NCBI GenBank assembly: GCA_951406725.2
Contig: OX597826.1
Location: 72,788,001-72,852,000 of the forward strand
Source: Octopus vulgaris
Taxonomy: Eukaryota
Reading direction: 5' to 3'
Length of the DNA stretch: 64,000 nucleotides
The notes under the pieces: generated by a model
Told to the model about the DNA's origin: nothing
The model's input: only the letters and a program-made list of their open reading frames with translations
Databases searched by the model: none
Program-made: the position numbers and the translations under genes
Shown here: positions 36,973 to 50,800 of the stretch, piece after piece
Layout: every line of letters begins with the position of its first letter
How positions within the stretch are numbered: position 1 is the stretch's first letter

Positions 36973-39900
36973 TTGTGTGTCTGTGTTTGTCTCCAATGCT
37001 GGTGTGTTTATGTCCCCGTCACTTAGCGGTTCGGCAAAAGAGACCGATAGAATAAGTACTGGGCTTACAAAGAATAAGTCCCGGGGTTGATTTGCTCGAC
37101 TAAAGGCGGTGCTCCAGAATGACCTCAGTCAAATGACTGAAACAAGTAAAAGAGTAGAGTATATATATATATTAAATTCAGGTTATGTTGAAAGTCAACA
37201 AAATTTGATTTAGAAGTGTTGAGATGTATTGAAAGATACAGATAAGGAAATAATTTTATTCTCAAATGCAGGATAATGCTAATAATACAGCATGAAAAGG
37301 ATAAACTATCCATATTTTGCAGAAAAACCTGGCTGCCGACAGATTTTTCTGCAAAATATGGATAGTTTATCCTGTTCATGCTATATTATTAGCATTATCC
37401 TGCATTTGAGAATAAAATTATTTCTTTGTCTATATCATTCATATGTATGTGTATATATATATATACATATATACATATGATACACACACACACATGGCAT
37501 GGGTTATGAACGATTTGACTAAGAACTGGCAAGCCAGAAGGCTGTACCAGGGTCCAACCCTGGTACAGCCTTCTGGCTTGCCAGTTCTTAGTCAAGCCGT
37601 CCAACCCATGCCAGCACGGAAAGCAGACGTTAAACAGTGATGATGATAATGATGATACGCATGAGGGGGTACTGAAAAGTCCCTGGCTTTAAAGGTATTG
37701 TGAAAGGCCTGGTTGGAGGTCCAACCTTCCAAGTTCTTTTACAGGCCTTAGAAAAACTGAAGGACTGCTGCAATAAATGTGTAAAGGGGAATATGTTGAA
37801 TGAAATCGTAATAACTGATCCTCTTGTATTTTCCTTTACCCAAAGCCAGGAACTTTTCAACACCCTCTTGTATGTATGTGTGTATAAATAAATAAATGTA
37901 TGCACAAAATATAAATCATGGTTGAGTGAGTGTAAAACAAACACAAGATGTGTATACAATGAGGGTCGGATAGAATCACATTAAAAAAAAAAAAAAAAAA
38001 AATTACATTTATGAATAATGATTAGAGAAAATAGAATTAGAGACCATACCAAGTGGATTGCTTATACAACTAGAGTCTGACTAGAAGTTAATGTAAAGAG
38101 AAGTGGTAATGAAGGCATGATCAGACACCCCAAAAGATGCTGACAGAGAACAATCAGTTCTTCACTGTTGTGTTGGACACTTCAGAGCCAATCACATATA
38201 TGAGGGGGGATTAGTTAATTATGATCTTATTCAACATAATCCCCTTTCAGATTCACACACTTATTGCAGTGGTCCTTCAGTTCCTCTAAGTTCTGTAAAA
38301 GAACTCAGAACTTTGGGCTTCCAACCAGGCCTTTCGCGATAGATACCCTTAAAGCCAGGAACTTTTCAGCGTCCCCTTGTAGCTGGGGTAGCCTTACTAG
38401 TAATGTACTGTGAACTTAATTCTTTCATAACTAAAAACACACTTGTAATACGAAAGAACCCAGATTTACCGATTTATATTTGAAATAAAATATTGATGTA
38501 ATCTGAGTTACTATATTCATGATAATCTGTATTTCATGATAATCTGTTATTTCATGAGGCAAACAATTGTTAAACATTCAATAGTTATAGAGTGAATTTT
38601 GTAATCTTAGAAACTTTTAACCTATTTTTTTGGCATCCTACTTTTTCTTTTTTTATTACTGTAATGTTCTATCCTTTTAAAAATTTACCGAAGTATCAGA
38701 TTTAGTAACATACCAAATAAAAAGAAATGCAACAAACACAGCACATGGCAGGCTTAGAAGTGTATGTTTCAATTCCCCATAGCTAAGGCAAAAAAATGAA
38801 TTTTATTCCAGAAAGAGAAAGTAAAAGTAGAAACAATGTTTTTTCCTCCAAATTTCTCTGAAGCCAGACCCAATCACGGTCATCCTGTAAGATTCAAAAC
38901 ATCATCTTGATGTCCACAACTATGGATCACTAGGAATTGGCACTTTTACTGCTATGGCCAATTTGGGGACCTACTTGTTTTATAGTAAGTTGTTTCTTAA
39001 GGATTCCACTTGAAGAGGTTCTGACAATTATTTGCCTTACTAAGCCTTTCTACTACACACACAAGGCCTGAAATGGGGGGGGGGGGGGCTAGTGGATTAC
39101 ATTGACCCTAGTGTGAAACTGGTACTTATTTCATCAACCTCAAAAGGATGAAAGGCAAAGTTGACCTTGACAAGATTTGAACTCAGAATGTAAAGATGGA
39201 TAAAATGCCACTACGCATTTTGCCCAGTATACTAATGGTTTTGCCAGTTTGCTGCTTTGTTTGTCTGAGTAAGGAAACAGTTAGGGGAGGGGCTATGCTA
39301 TAGATCTCATGTCTAATGGAATGGGATATAAGTAGATACATGTGTGTGTGTGTGAGAGAGAGAAAGATTAAAAACATAGACAGATAGAGAGAGAGATAAA
39401 GAAAAGATTACCTTTTTTCTGACCACCACCAAGTATATCCATTACACTTCCAGTCTTCAAAGTGGAAGCAGGTTGAATCCCTCCAAAGCTGCCGCTGCTG
39501 CTGCCGCTACCACTGCTGCTTTCAACTGGTTTACTGCCAGATGTGTTCAGTGTAAAAGCTATGTTAATACATAGAAATAAAACATTAGATGCATTAGAAT
39601 TTATAGGGAGACACAAGGGAAACAGCAAACATGTCTACGTCATACAACTACATAGGATGGAGAGAAGAAAAAAAATCACCCTACAGAATACTCACCTGGT
39701 TTTTCATCAAAGATGGAAGTTGATTTTGGTTTAGGCAAAGTTGACGAAGCACTGAACTGGAACGAGTGTTTTGCAGAGTCTACAATTACTTTGTCAGGAG
39801 AACTGAACTTAAAGTCCTGAAATAAGTAAATAGAAATCAATACTGAAAAATAACCAGACTCCATTTATGGTGTTAAGTTTTGTAGACTTTGAGGGTTTTA

Positions 39901-42900
39901 AAGTTTGTGTGTTTACATATATAGCATCATCATCATCTACATGATGGTATAGAGAAAGTCTAGGATTGGTTTATCTAATGTATTGTGCTTTTAAGACGAA
40001 GGGAACGGCTTGAGGGAGGGCGATTTGGCTGCTGTTCCTAACAGGCTGAGTGGTCATGCAGGGGAGCCTTCACTGGTCAGTTAGAACAAGCATATTAAGA
40101 GCATGTCATTACAGTGTACTGCCAGTAATTATGGACTATAGACTGGAGACTGGTGCAGCCCCTGGCTTCCCAGACCCTGGTCGAACCGTCCAACCCGTGC
40201 TAGCATGGAAAACGGACGTTAAACGATGATGATGATGATGAAAAGGGTCAACCATTAAAATAGTTATGCATAGATGGTGCTTCAGCATGGCCAGTGACAG
40301 AAAGAAAGATAAAATGAGTACAATAATGATGGTCATCATAAAGTACCACCAAAGCAAGGCCTGTGAAAAGGGCCAAATAGTTTTATATCATTATCATCAT
40401 CCTTTACCATGTTTCCCACACTCCCTGGGCTCCATGTCCGTTCTGGCATGGTTTCCATGGCTGGATCCCTTCCTAACATCAACCTATTTACAGAGTGTAC
40501 TGGGTGCCTTTTATGTGGCACCAGCACCCATGAGCCTGCAAAATTAGGAACACTCAGCTGAAGGGGGATGCAGGGGACATACCTGTATGCAAAGACAACC
40601 ACAATTTTACATAGCTTGATGTGTCTTCTTGAGCACAGCAAATCACCAGGAGTCTTGGTCCCCTGTTACCCCTCCACTAGACCCAACATCATTTCTCACC
40701 ACTTTGTCCCACATCTTCTTGGGTCTACCCCCTCCACAATTATACATATATAAGTAAATTACATACAGTAGTAGTAACCTCTACCTAATACTACCAGTAG
40801 CTATGGACAATGAAAGAAGATGCTGACAACAGGGTTTAAAATTACAAATAACCACTAAACCTTTAGTATTTAAACTGGCCGTATCCAACCCAAATATTCT
40901 ATGTTTCATGTTCAAACTGACCAAATGCAGCCTCTTACAATGTTATTCTAAAACTAATTGATCACATCATTGAAATCGTGAAGCTACAAGATAATGCAAA
41001 ATTAATAGAAAGCAATGAGAGTGAATTAGGATTACAGATGACAGAGTAACCCGAATGCTAAAGGGTTCAGGAGTACTGCCAGTGGCTATTGACCATGAAA
41101 GGTTGGTTGGTCCACATTACTCAATAAGGAGCATAAGGTTGACTTCCTGGTTTCTCTGGCATATATATATATATATATATATTTCTTCCCAAGATGAGTG
41201 GCCTGTCCTTTGCAGGATTACACATTTATACTAGCTGAGTGGACTGGAGCAAAGCAAAAATGAACTGTTTTGCTCATGAACACAATGCATCACTTGGTCC
41301 AGGAATTGAAACCACGATCTTCCAATCATGAATCCAACACCCTAACCACTAAGCCATGTGCCTCTGCATTGACTATGAAAGGGGTGAGTGCATATTAACC
41401 CTTTCGTTACCAAACCGCCCAAAGCCGCCCGAAAAAAATTTTGGTTTATGAGACCAAACCGCCCGAATTTACCTATTCATATTTAAATGAGAATATCAGA
41501 GCAAATCTCTTCAGTACATTCGTGAAAACACGTATTATACTTCGTAAACAGTTCAACTACAGTTTTGTACAATAATCGAAGTGTAATTTTAATTCCGTGA
41601 ATTTTGGGAGATTTTCTTCCGAAATTTGTTCCTATTGTGTTTTCAAAATTTGTAATTCTGACAAAAAATGGATACGAATTTCATTATATCAAGCAGCGAG
41701 TCAGAATTCGAAGGATTTTCTACTGAAGACCTTCATAAATCTAACTCTATGACTGAAAAAAAAAAGCACGTGGTATTTGATAATGAATCTGATGTTTCAT
41801 TTTCCGAAAGTGAAAACAGTGAATCTGAGATCTCCGATAGCGATAAAGAAAACGAATTGGCACCTGAATGGAGTGAAAATTTAAAAACTGTTTCTTTCGG
41901 GGATTTTTCTGAAGAAACTGGACCAAGCCACAGACTTTCCCAGAAGGGTAAAGCCTTAGACTATTTCTATTTACTTTTTCGAATGAGCCTATTTGAAATC
42001 ATTACGGCAGAAACGAACCGTTACGCTAAACGTAAACAAAGCGAAAGAAAGGATAGTTTGTGGTTTCCCATAACCTTAAATGAAATTAAGACTATTTTGC
42101 CATAAATATTATTATGGGTATCAGAAAGTTACCCAGAATAACAAATTCTATCGTAAAATTTTGTTATATACCCAATTGAATATTAGCTAATAACCCATTT
42201 TCTATAGCGATGTTTGAACAAAATTTTAATAATTTTATATTTTGTGGAATTTACCTGTATCTACCTGCAATTAGAGTCACTTTGTGACAAAAATTATAGT
42301 ATAGAATTGGTTGAGAATATTTCATTAAATTATCTTCCAAAAATCAGATTAATATATCGATAAATAAAAAAGTTATAGTTGTTTAATGAAACCAGACTAA
42401 ATTTATGATTACGTTAGAAATTAATTGAAACACATAAGGGGTGTAATTTGGTCAGAAATATAGTAACGAAAGGGTTAAATACTTCTATTTTAAATACTTA
42501 AAAATATATATCTATATACATATATAAAAACTTACTGAAACTGAAGGTAAGCCTTCAGATACCAAGTTTGTATCCGGTAGTGTTGTTTGTATGGGAGTAG
42601 AGAATTTAAAATCTGATTCTGATGAAGTGAAGCTGGTGTTAGCGCCGAAACTAGTGCTAGCACCAAAGCTAGGAGTTGCTGTTGTTGCAGGAGACTGTGC
42701 AGTTCCGCTATTAGACTTGTCAGCAGAAGTAGTAGTAGTAGTTGCAAGAGGTGTGAAAGTGGATCTTCCGGATTGATTAGAAAAGCTGCTTGTTGATATT
42801 CCAAAAGAGAATTTGGGCACATTTGTGACAGGCAGGACAAAATCAGTCTTCAGTTGTACAGGCTCCTTTAAATGAAAGACAGACGGGTAGATAATTAGCG

Positions 42901-45900
42901 AGAAACTTCAAAAGGGTTAGAGAAAGAAACCAAGATAAAAACTTTTATCTTCATGGAATATTGTTTGGTTCTGCGAAGAAGAATAAATATAATACAGGGG
43001 AGTAGATTCTCATTACATTTACTCTTACTCTTTTACTTGTTTCAGTTATTTGACTGCGGCCATGCTGGAGCACCGCCTTTAGTCGAGCAAATCGACCCCG
43101 GGACTTATTCTATCGGTCTCTTTTTGCCGAACCGCTAAGTGACGGGGACGTAAACACACCAGCATCAGTTGTCAAGCAATGCTAGGGGTACAAACACAGG
43201 CACACAAACACATACATACATATACATATATATGACAGGCTTCTTTCAGTTTCCGTCTACCAAATCCACTCACAAGGCATTGGTCCGCCCGGGGCTATAG
43301 CAGAAGACACTTGCCCAAGATGCCACGCAGTGGGACTGAACCCGGAACCATGTGATTGGTTAGCAAGCGACTTACCACACAGCCACTCCTTGTAGTAAAA
43401 GGTTTCACATCACATATTAAATCAATCAGTTTCACCTAATTAGATATAAGGAGTGTGTCACGTGATAGGTCAGGTCATATAAGAATATCATAAACAATAC
43501 CAATACATCAAAGAGCAAAACAAGAAAACAAACAGAATGTGCGATTTGAGCTGTACGTTACCTCAGCTTCATCATCTAAATCTTTCATTGAACTTCCTCT
43601 TGTAGAATAACTTTTCTCTCTCTTCATCTTACCACTAATTGGTGGTCTCCCTAGAGAAGGTGAGGGTTCTGTAACACTCGTAACTGTTGGTTGGGTTACC
43701 AAGGGTAAAGAAAAGAAACTGGATGCTGTTGTTGTTGTTACTTTTGCTGATGATGCTGATGCTGTTGATATTGTAGCTGTTGCTGTAGCTGCTACTGTTG
43801 TTGTTGTTGTTTTCTCACTGCAAGGTAAGATGCTGGATTTAACTCCCAAGAAACTTTCAGATCACAAAATAAAACAGAAAACTTAAAGGAACACCACACA
43901 AACCAAAATGGTCAAAATAGAGGACGATAAGGTAAGGCAGGTCAATACCACTTCTCCCGTACTCTTGCCACCACTCACCACATTCAGCTTCAAATATTGG
44001 AATGACCAATACTGAGAGGAAATCCCTTCCAGCTGGATACCAATATTAGGGGTGTGTATATAGAGACACAACACAAACATTTGAGTTTCCAAAGTTGAGG
44101 GGAAAAAAAAAGTCAGTGAAATGTTCAAGAACTGATTTCCTTAAATAGAGATGAGCAATGGGTCTTGAAAGAAGAGGAATATATGACATATGAACCCCTA
44201 AACCAACAGGAATATATAAAACATATGAACCAAGATACAACTGGAATGAAAACAACTAGAATATAAAGAGTATATATATATATATATATATGCCAGCCTC
44301 GCCTGGCACCAGTGCAGGTGGCACGTAAAAAGCACCCACTACACTCACGAAGTGGTTGGCGTTAGGAAGGGCATCCAGCTGTAGAAACACTGCCAGATCA
44401 GACTGGAGCCTGGTGCAGCCTTCTGGCTTCCCAGATCCCCGGTCGAACCATCCAAGCATGGAGAACGGATGTTAAACGATGATGATGATAGAACACATGA
44501 TCTCAGAAACAACTGAACATATGAGGCCAATAATTTTCGTGGGAGGAGACAGTCAATTATATCAACCTCCAGTATTTGACTGCTACTTTACCTTATCGAC
44601 CCTGAAAGGAGAAAGCTAACTTTGATGAGGCTGGAACGATAAGTGAGTCCAGAAACAACAGGAGTATATAACATATAAACCCTGAAGTAACACACTGTAA
44701 AGATACAATTTTTTTATAATTAGTATCTGATTATTAAAGGAACTCACCAAAAAATGTAACATGGAAAGGAGGAGAGTGGATAGAAAGAAGTCTCGGGTAA
44801 GGTGTTTCTAATGTCAAAGTGAAATGTATAACAGGAGTTCATATAATATCCAAAAACAGGATACCTTACCCTACAACCAAAGTGCCACATAAAACGCACA
44901 CCATACACTCTGTAAAGTGGTTGACTTTAAGAAAGGCATCTGCCTGTGGAAACCAAGCCAAAACAGACTATGGATCCTGCTGTGGCTCCTGGCCTTGTGA
45001 TGAGTTCCTGTGAAGCTGTCCAACCCATGATGGCATAGAAAATGGACGTTAAATAATGATAATGACGATAAGTTTACTGTACAGGACTGGTTTTATAGGA
45101 AAGAAAGGAAATGGAAGTGATGATGATGATGACAGCTTATATGATCTAAAATAATTACATAGTTCCAGATAAGAGTAATAAAGACAGTGACCATATTTGT
45201 CTACCATACAGTAATTATACAAGATCACCACAAGCCAACTACAACAGGACCACTGTATAGTAACTGTACTATCACAACACAAACTACTTAGTCATTGTAC
45301 TACCACAAGACGGTGGCAGATAAACCTACAACTGCATATCTATAAGATAAAGATCCTACCATCAAAATCATTGCTTTAACTTCCACTTTTCCAGATTGCC
45401 TAAGTTCGGCAGAATTCTAACCCAAACTCTTCCTGTTACAATCATAATCCTTATTTTTTTAAAGCAAGATAATATTTTGTCATGGCATGACATCTTTTAA
45501 TAGAAATTGTAAAGAAAAGACACTGCTTGAATGACAGTGATGCTTGCTGACAAAAGATAAGGACAGATACACACATCCGTATCCACTCATAAAGTTCTGG
45601 TTGGCCTGGAGCTCTGGTAGAAGACATTCGCCCAAGGTGCTGTGCAGTAGGACAGAATCCAAAACTACATAGTGGGGAAGCAAAAACTTAACCACACAGA
45701 CATATCAGCACCATATAACATAACAGGATGAATAAGACACAAAGCAGCTACTTACACTGAGACAGTCTGTGGGGTTGTCGCAAAGACTCTAGCCGATTCT
45801 TCAGAAGTATCTTTCCCTGTGTAGCTGCTTACCTGAAAAATCAAAGCAAAAATTAGTTCATCAATGTATATAAATTTTATATAGATTGAATTTAGCACTT

Positions 45901-47835
45901 TCATTTGAAACTACCCATTTCAATGAGAACACCTATGCAAATCTCCTTATGATTATGGTAACAAGTGAATTCACTAAATAATCATTTGCTTTACAACATT
46001 CAACTGAGTTAAATGCGAAATCTGTTTTCAAAATTTTTCTGAAAATCATACTTTCTTTTAACTTTTTACTTATACTAGCAGTATCGCCTGGCGTTGCTCG
46101 GGTTTGTTTTGACCCTTTAGAATTGGAATTTTTGAAAAGTAAAAATTTTGCATTATGTAGCTTGTTATTCTCTTTAAGTGAACATTTTTCCAGTTGAAAT
46201 ACACCGAAAAATGGCAACACAGCAGTAAAAAAATCATAAAAAATAGGGATTTTCATAGAAAAAAAAGTATCTTTTTGATGTAAATAATTTTTGGTGTTAA
46301 CATGGTACGATTTGAATTTTTATCTTCTACAGAAGAGCAAGCCGCCTTCTATCATATTCTTGATTTTGGTCAACTTGCGCTGCAGGGTCTTGGAGGAGAT
46401 AGTGTTAGTTGAAGGCTACCAAACCTGCCATACACAGACAACTTCAGCTTTATATATAGAGAGAGTTATGTTAATCATGGCCATTGCCAGTGACACAAAA
46501 AAGGCACCTGTGCTGTGATGCATAAATGGAACCAGTGCCAGTGACATGTAAAAGACACTCAGCACACTCTATGGAGTGGTTGGCATTAGGAAGGGCATCC
46601 AGCCATAGAAACCAAACCAAAACAGACTGGAGCCTGGTACAGCTCTCCAGTTTACCAGTTCCGGTCAAACTGTCAAACCCATACCAGCATGAAAAACGGA
46701 CACTAAATGATGATGATGATGGTAATTAGATATATTTATTATATTTTCTGTAAAAAAAAAAAAAAATCGGATTCACATTCAGTTGTAGTAACTTTGAATT
46801 TAAAAGATTTTCAAACGAAAGGGCAGCAGGAGCAAATGTAAAATGCAACCACCACAACTATGCATGTTACAAAATTATATCAATTTCTGACAGTGATAGC
46901 AGTAACTCCAACAATAAACTCACAGAAGAAACAGAAGGAAGTGTAAATTTTAGAAAGAAAAAAAAACAAAACATCTGTATGAAATTTTTCAGAAGAGACC
47001 AGACAAAAAACAATCTTTCTGATGATTGAAAAGGTCTCAACTATTGAAGAAGAAAAAAAAAAAAAATTTCTGGTTGAAATATTCTAGAAAATAACTGCAT
47101 AAGCAAACCATTATGCAAAATGTAAACAAAGACACATTGCAGTCTCATATTGCTTGAAGTCATGCATTTTTTCTTTTGTATAAATATTATAATTATTATC
47201 AGGAAGCTGTTTAGGATTACAAACTGCTGGAGTGCTGATAAACACCCTGGCACATATCAGGTTTCCAGTATAAACATTACAATGGGTATTAGGAAGCTGC
47301 TTAACACTACTAAAAGTGCAGATGAACCCTTTGATATCTGATTACGTTTCAAGTAAAATTATAACGTGCTTTTTGAAAATGTGCCAGTGTTTTCATTTGA
47401 GATACTAGCAGTGCACCACCAGTACATGAAGGACAACAACCTGACCCTTTATTTAAAATAATATCTCTCTTTGACTTCAACCTAAAAGGAGATTGCCTGC
47501 AGGTCACAATGGCTGGATGCATTTCTGACAATATACACGGAGCAAACTCACAAAACGGGAGAGTTTAAGTGTGAAAGATTTGCAAGGCATGTCCTAGGTA
47601 CTGCTATAGCTTTTAATTCTTTTTTTGTCATAGGAAGGGAAAAAAATTTAGGTATACAAATCAGTATGGCTTAGGTATAATGTGGAGTGGAAAATATCAC
47701 TTGTATACTATAACAAAGGTCATATATTAATTTTTTTGACTGATTTTTTTCCCAGTTGATTTAAACTTGTGGTGAATGCAGAAACAATGCCAGCACATAT
47801 ATGTACCACAGTGAGTGCAAATAGAAAAAGGTGTT

Positions 47836-47888
<53 letters not shown>

Positions 47889-50800
47889 AAGTATATTTGC
47901 CATCTAAATATGGCTAACCACTAAGGGTGGATGTTACTGTAGCTTGTAGCCCCAGGAGAACATCTTCTCCAGCTGGCTATTGACACACTTTCTGTGCCCT
48001 ATCAGTATTTGCAAAGGGAAGCCATCCTTCCCATCATCGACCTACGTGATCCGCACGGACCCGGGTTTCTGGGTATTTGCCCGTTATCAGCACATGACAA
48101 TCACTGGTCTTCGATGCAAAAGGGGTCCCAATGCAAATACACATATCCCTTTTCCAGTGACTTTTTGTCATTATTAAGCTGGATTTTGGAACAAAGACTT
48201 TGGTGGAAAGATTTGATTTAGATCACTTCAAAACAGAATTTGTAACATAGAAACAAGGGTGGTTTTAGGTGGGTTAATAACTGAGGTAGTATTTCCAATA
48301 ATGGAAGCATCATGTTTTTGGTCTTTCATACAAATGGTTGACAGCAGTAATTCCAACAAACATGTATCTGCCAGCTGTTCACAATTTAATACTACTTCTC
48401 AAAGGAAAATGAACATCATAAATTACACAGTGGCTAGCTTGGGCAGTAAATATAACTAGAGTTCTATAATATCATCTCAAATATGCTGATGCACTTGACT
48501 GGAGAGGTGGAGGAAAAAAAAAAGGTAACTTTCTCAAGTATAATATATACCCCTAATATTTAGGTTTAAAAGCTGAAAAAAAAGTGTACATTATACAGTC
48601 ATAGCTACAGGACTTCCTTTTCAAATTTATTTTGGCAATGAATTGAAATAAGAAAAGATTCTAACTTTGTTAATATGTTCCGTTTGCTTCTGGGTGTTTT
48701 CTATAGTTGGAGAGCTCTTGAAAGCGCTATATACTGACTGCCTGTTTTTGGCTATGATAGCTTTTGATGGGGAATTTAACATAACTGTTGGTGGACCTCT
48801 CGGTGGTAGCTGGAAAAATATAAACAGATATAATTCTACAAAACAGAATACTGTTGTAGTGATATCAGGCATTAATATCAGAATACTTTTAAAATATTCA
48901 CAACTATCTAAGTAACATGACTGGTTAAAAATCAAGGCAATCACTTTTTTAAAATCTGCTACAGCTCAAATACAACTCCCACTGTACAGTTAAGGTCAGA
49001 CATTCAGTTATATACAAAAAAGAAAAAAAACTAAAAAACTAAATGGAGCCTCAGTTGGTTTTGACAACTAGTATTTCAGTTGTCCTATCAAACCAAACTA
49101 TTTACTTATTGGATTAGAGTAGAGATGTTGTTGATACTATCAAACGGGCCTACGGTCAGAGATTTTCCAACCCTGATCACCTTGTCTTTTATTTACTGTA
49201 CCTGATAACATTATCTAACATTATCCTTTTAAGATGGTAGGATGTGATTTGAAAGCAATTCAGCTGCTATTTCTAGCAGGTCTAGCAATTACACAGAGGC
49301 TCTTTCATTGGTTTTTAAGAGAAAGTGATCTGCAATAAGGCGAGATTTTTTCTCACACTACTACCTCCATAATTAATTCCTTATTTAATACAAAGCTATT
49401 TCCTAACAAAGAATTTTGCTTACCTTTTCAGAATCGCTACTAAAAGTTGAAACTGCAACAGATGGTCTACTGCGTCGTTTAAAATTGGATGGCTGCCAAA
49501 TAGAAACGTGTACCACATGTTATTGTATATAATCACTTAAGTCTTAGTCTAAATTTTGGCACCTCTTCACATGACCACCACCCACTGCCAGACAAAAGCA
49601 TTAATCCAAATCTGAAAATACTGCATACTTTGATGGTTACAGTGCAAATTGTTTAATTTACACACTGTTTTACAATTGCTTGCTTAGTTTTCATAATGAA
49701 AACAAGAAATTTTTCAATGACAATTTGGACCCTCACAAACTAGGAATATCCAGGTGAGAGCAGGAATGTAGGTGGAACATTATAGTGTGGGAATATTTAA
49801 CCCCCATGACAACAGTTTTATCAGGTGACTAGGTTGCACTGACAGTAATTATCTCAGCAGAGATCAACAATTAGCACATGACAACAGTTTGGTGTATATT
49901 TACACCAACCACTTTAAAGCATGCAGTGTCATCACTAGGCAGAACGCTCTTGCGGTATCACTGTGGAAATAAGATCACTCAACAGACAAAGTCAAACATA
50001 TAGCATATACTGACTTAACAAAACATCAAAATTTAACTTTTGATATGGTAAATCTAAAAACAGGGTGTAATGCATAATGAAATGACGGTATGTGTGCATA
50101 TATCATGTCTCCTTGCAGCAACTGTGCACTGCGCACATAATCTTGGCATGTTCTTTTTTCAGTTTGCAAAACTGAAGTGAGGAAATGTCCAAGCCCCTTG
50201 ATTTGGCATGGTGAAGGGCTGCTGTGTGGATGCCCTCATGATTGGTATGGTGGGAAATCCGAAACTTTTACTGTCTTTCAAAAGCAACTCACAAAAAGTT
50301 AGCACACCTCCCACAACACTAAGCATCTGCCATATCAAAAACTAATTTACTGGTGTCATGTCTATCACGTATGAGAAAAAAGTTTCTTTATACTATTTCG
50401 TGAATTTGTGCACTAGTTTGTGTTGACACCAGTTGATTGGAATGACCAACATTGCCCATCACCCGACCCTACGCCAACACCACTTGGTTTCAATACTGCA
50501 TTTCCAGCCCTGCCTCGTTTGCCAGCAGAATCCCTGGTTAACAGCAAACAAACATTTCTCTTGTCTATCCACACCAATGTCATAATTCCACTATTGGTGG
50601 AGCAGTACAGTTTCTCCTTTGCAAAGTCTCCTAGTGTGATGTCCGGGTAGCACAATATATATATTAAGGTGTGCACAGTCCCACAGATGTTCGTTTTCCT
50701 CGCCTGCAGCTGAAGAAATAGATTGGAACTGGAAAACCAGTTGTCCATGCAATTGTCTTATCCTTTGTCCAACAATGCATTATCGAGTGACAAAACATTT

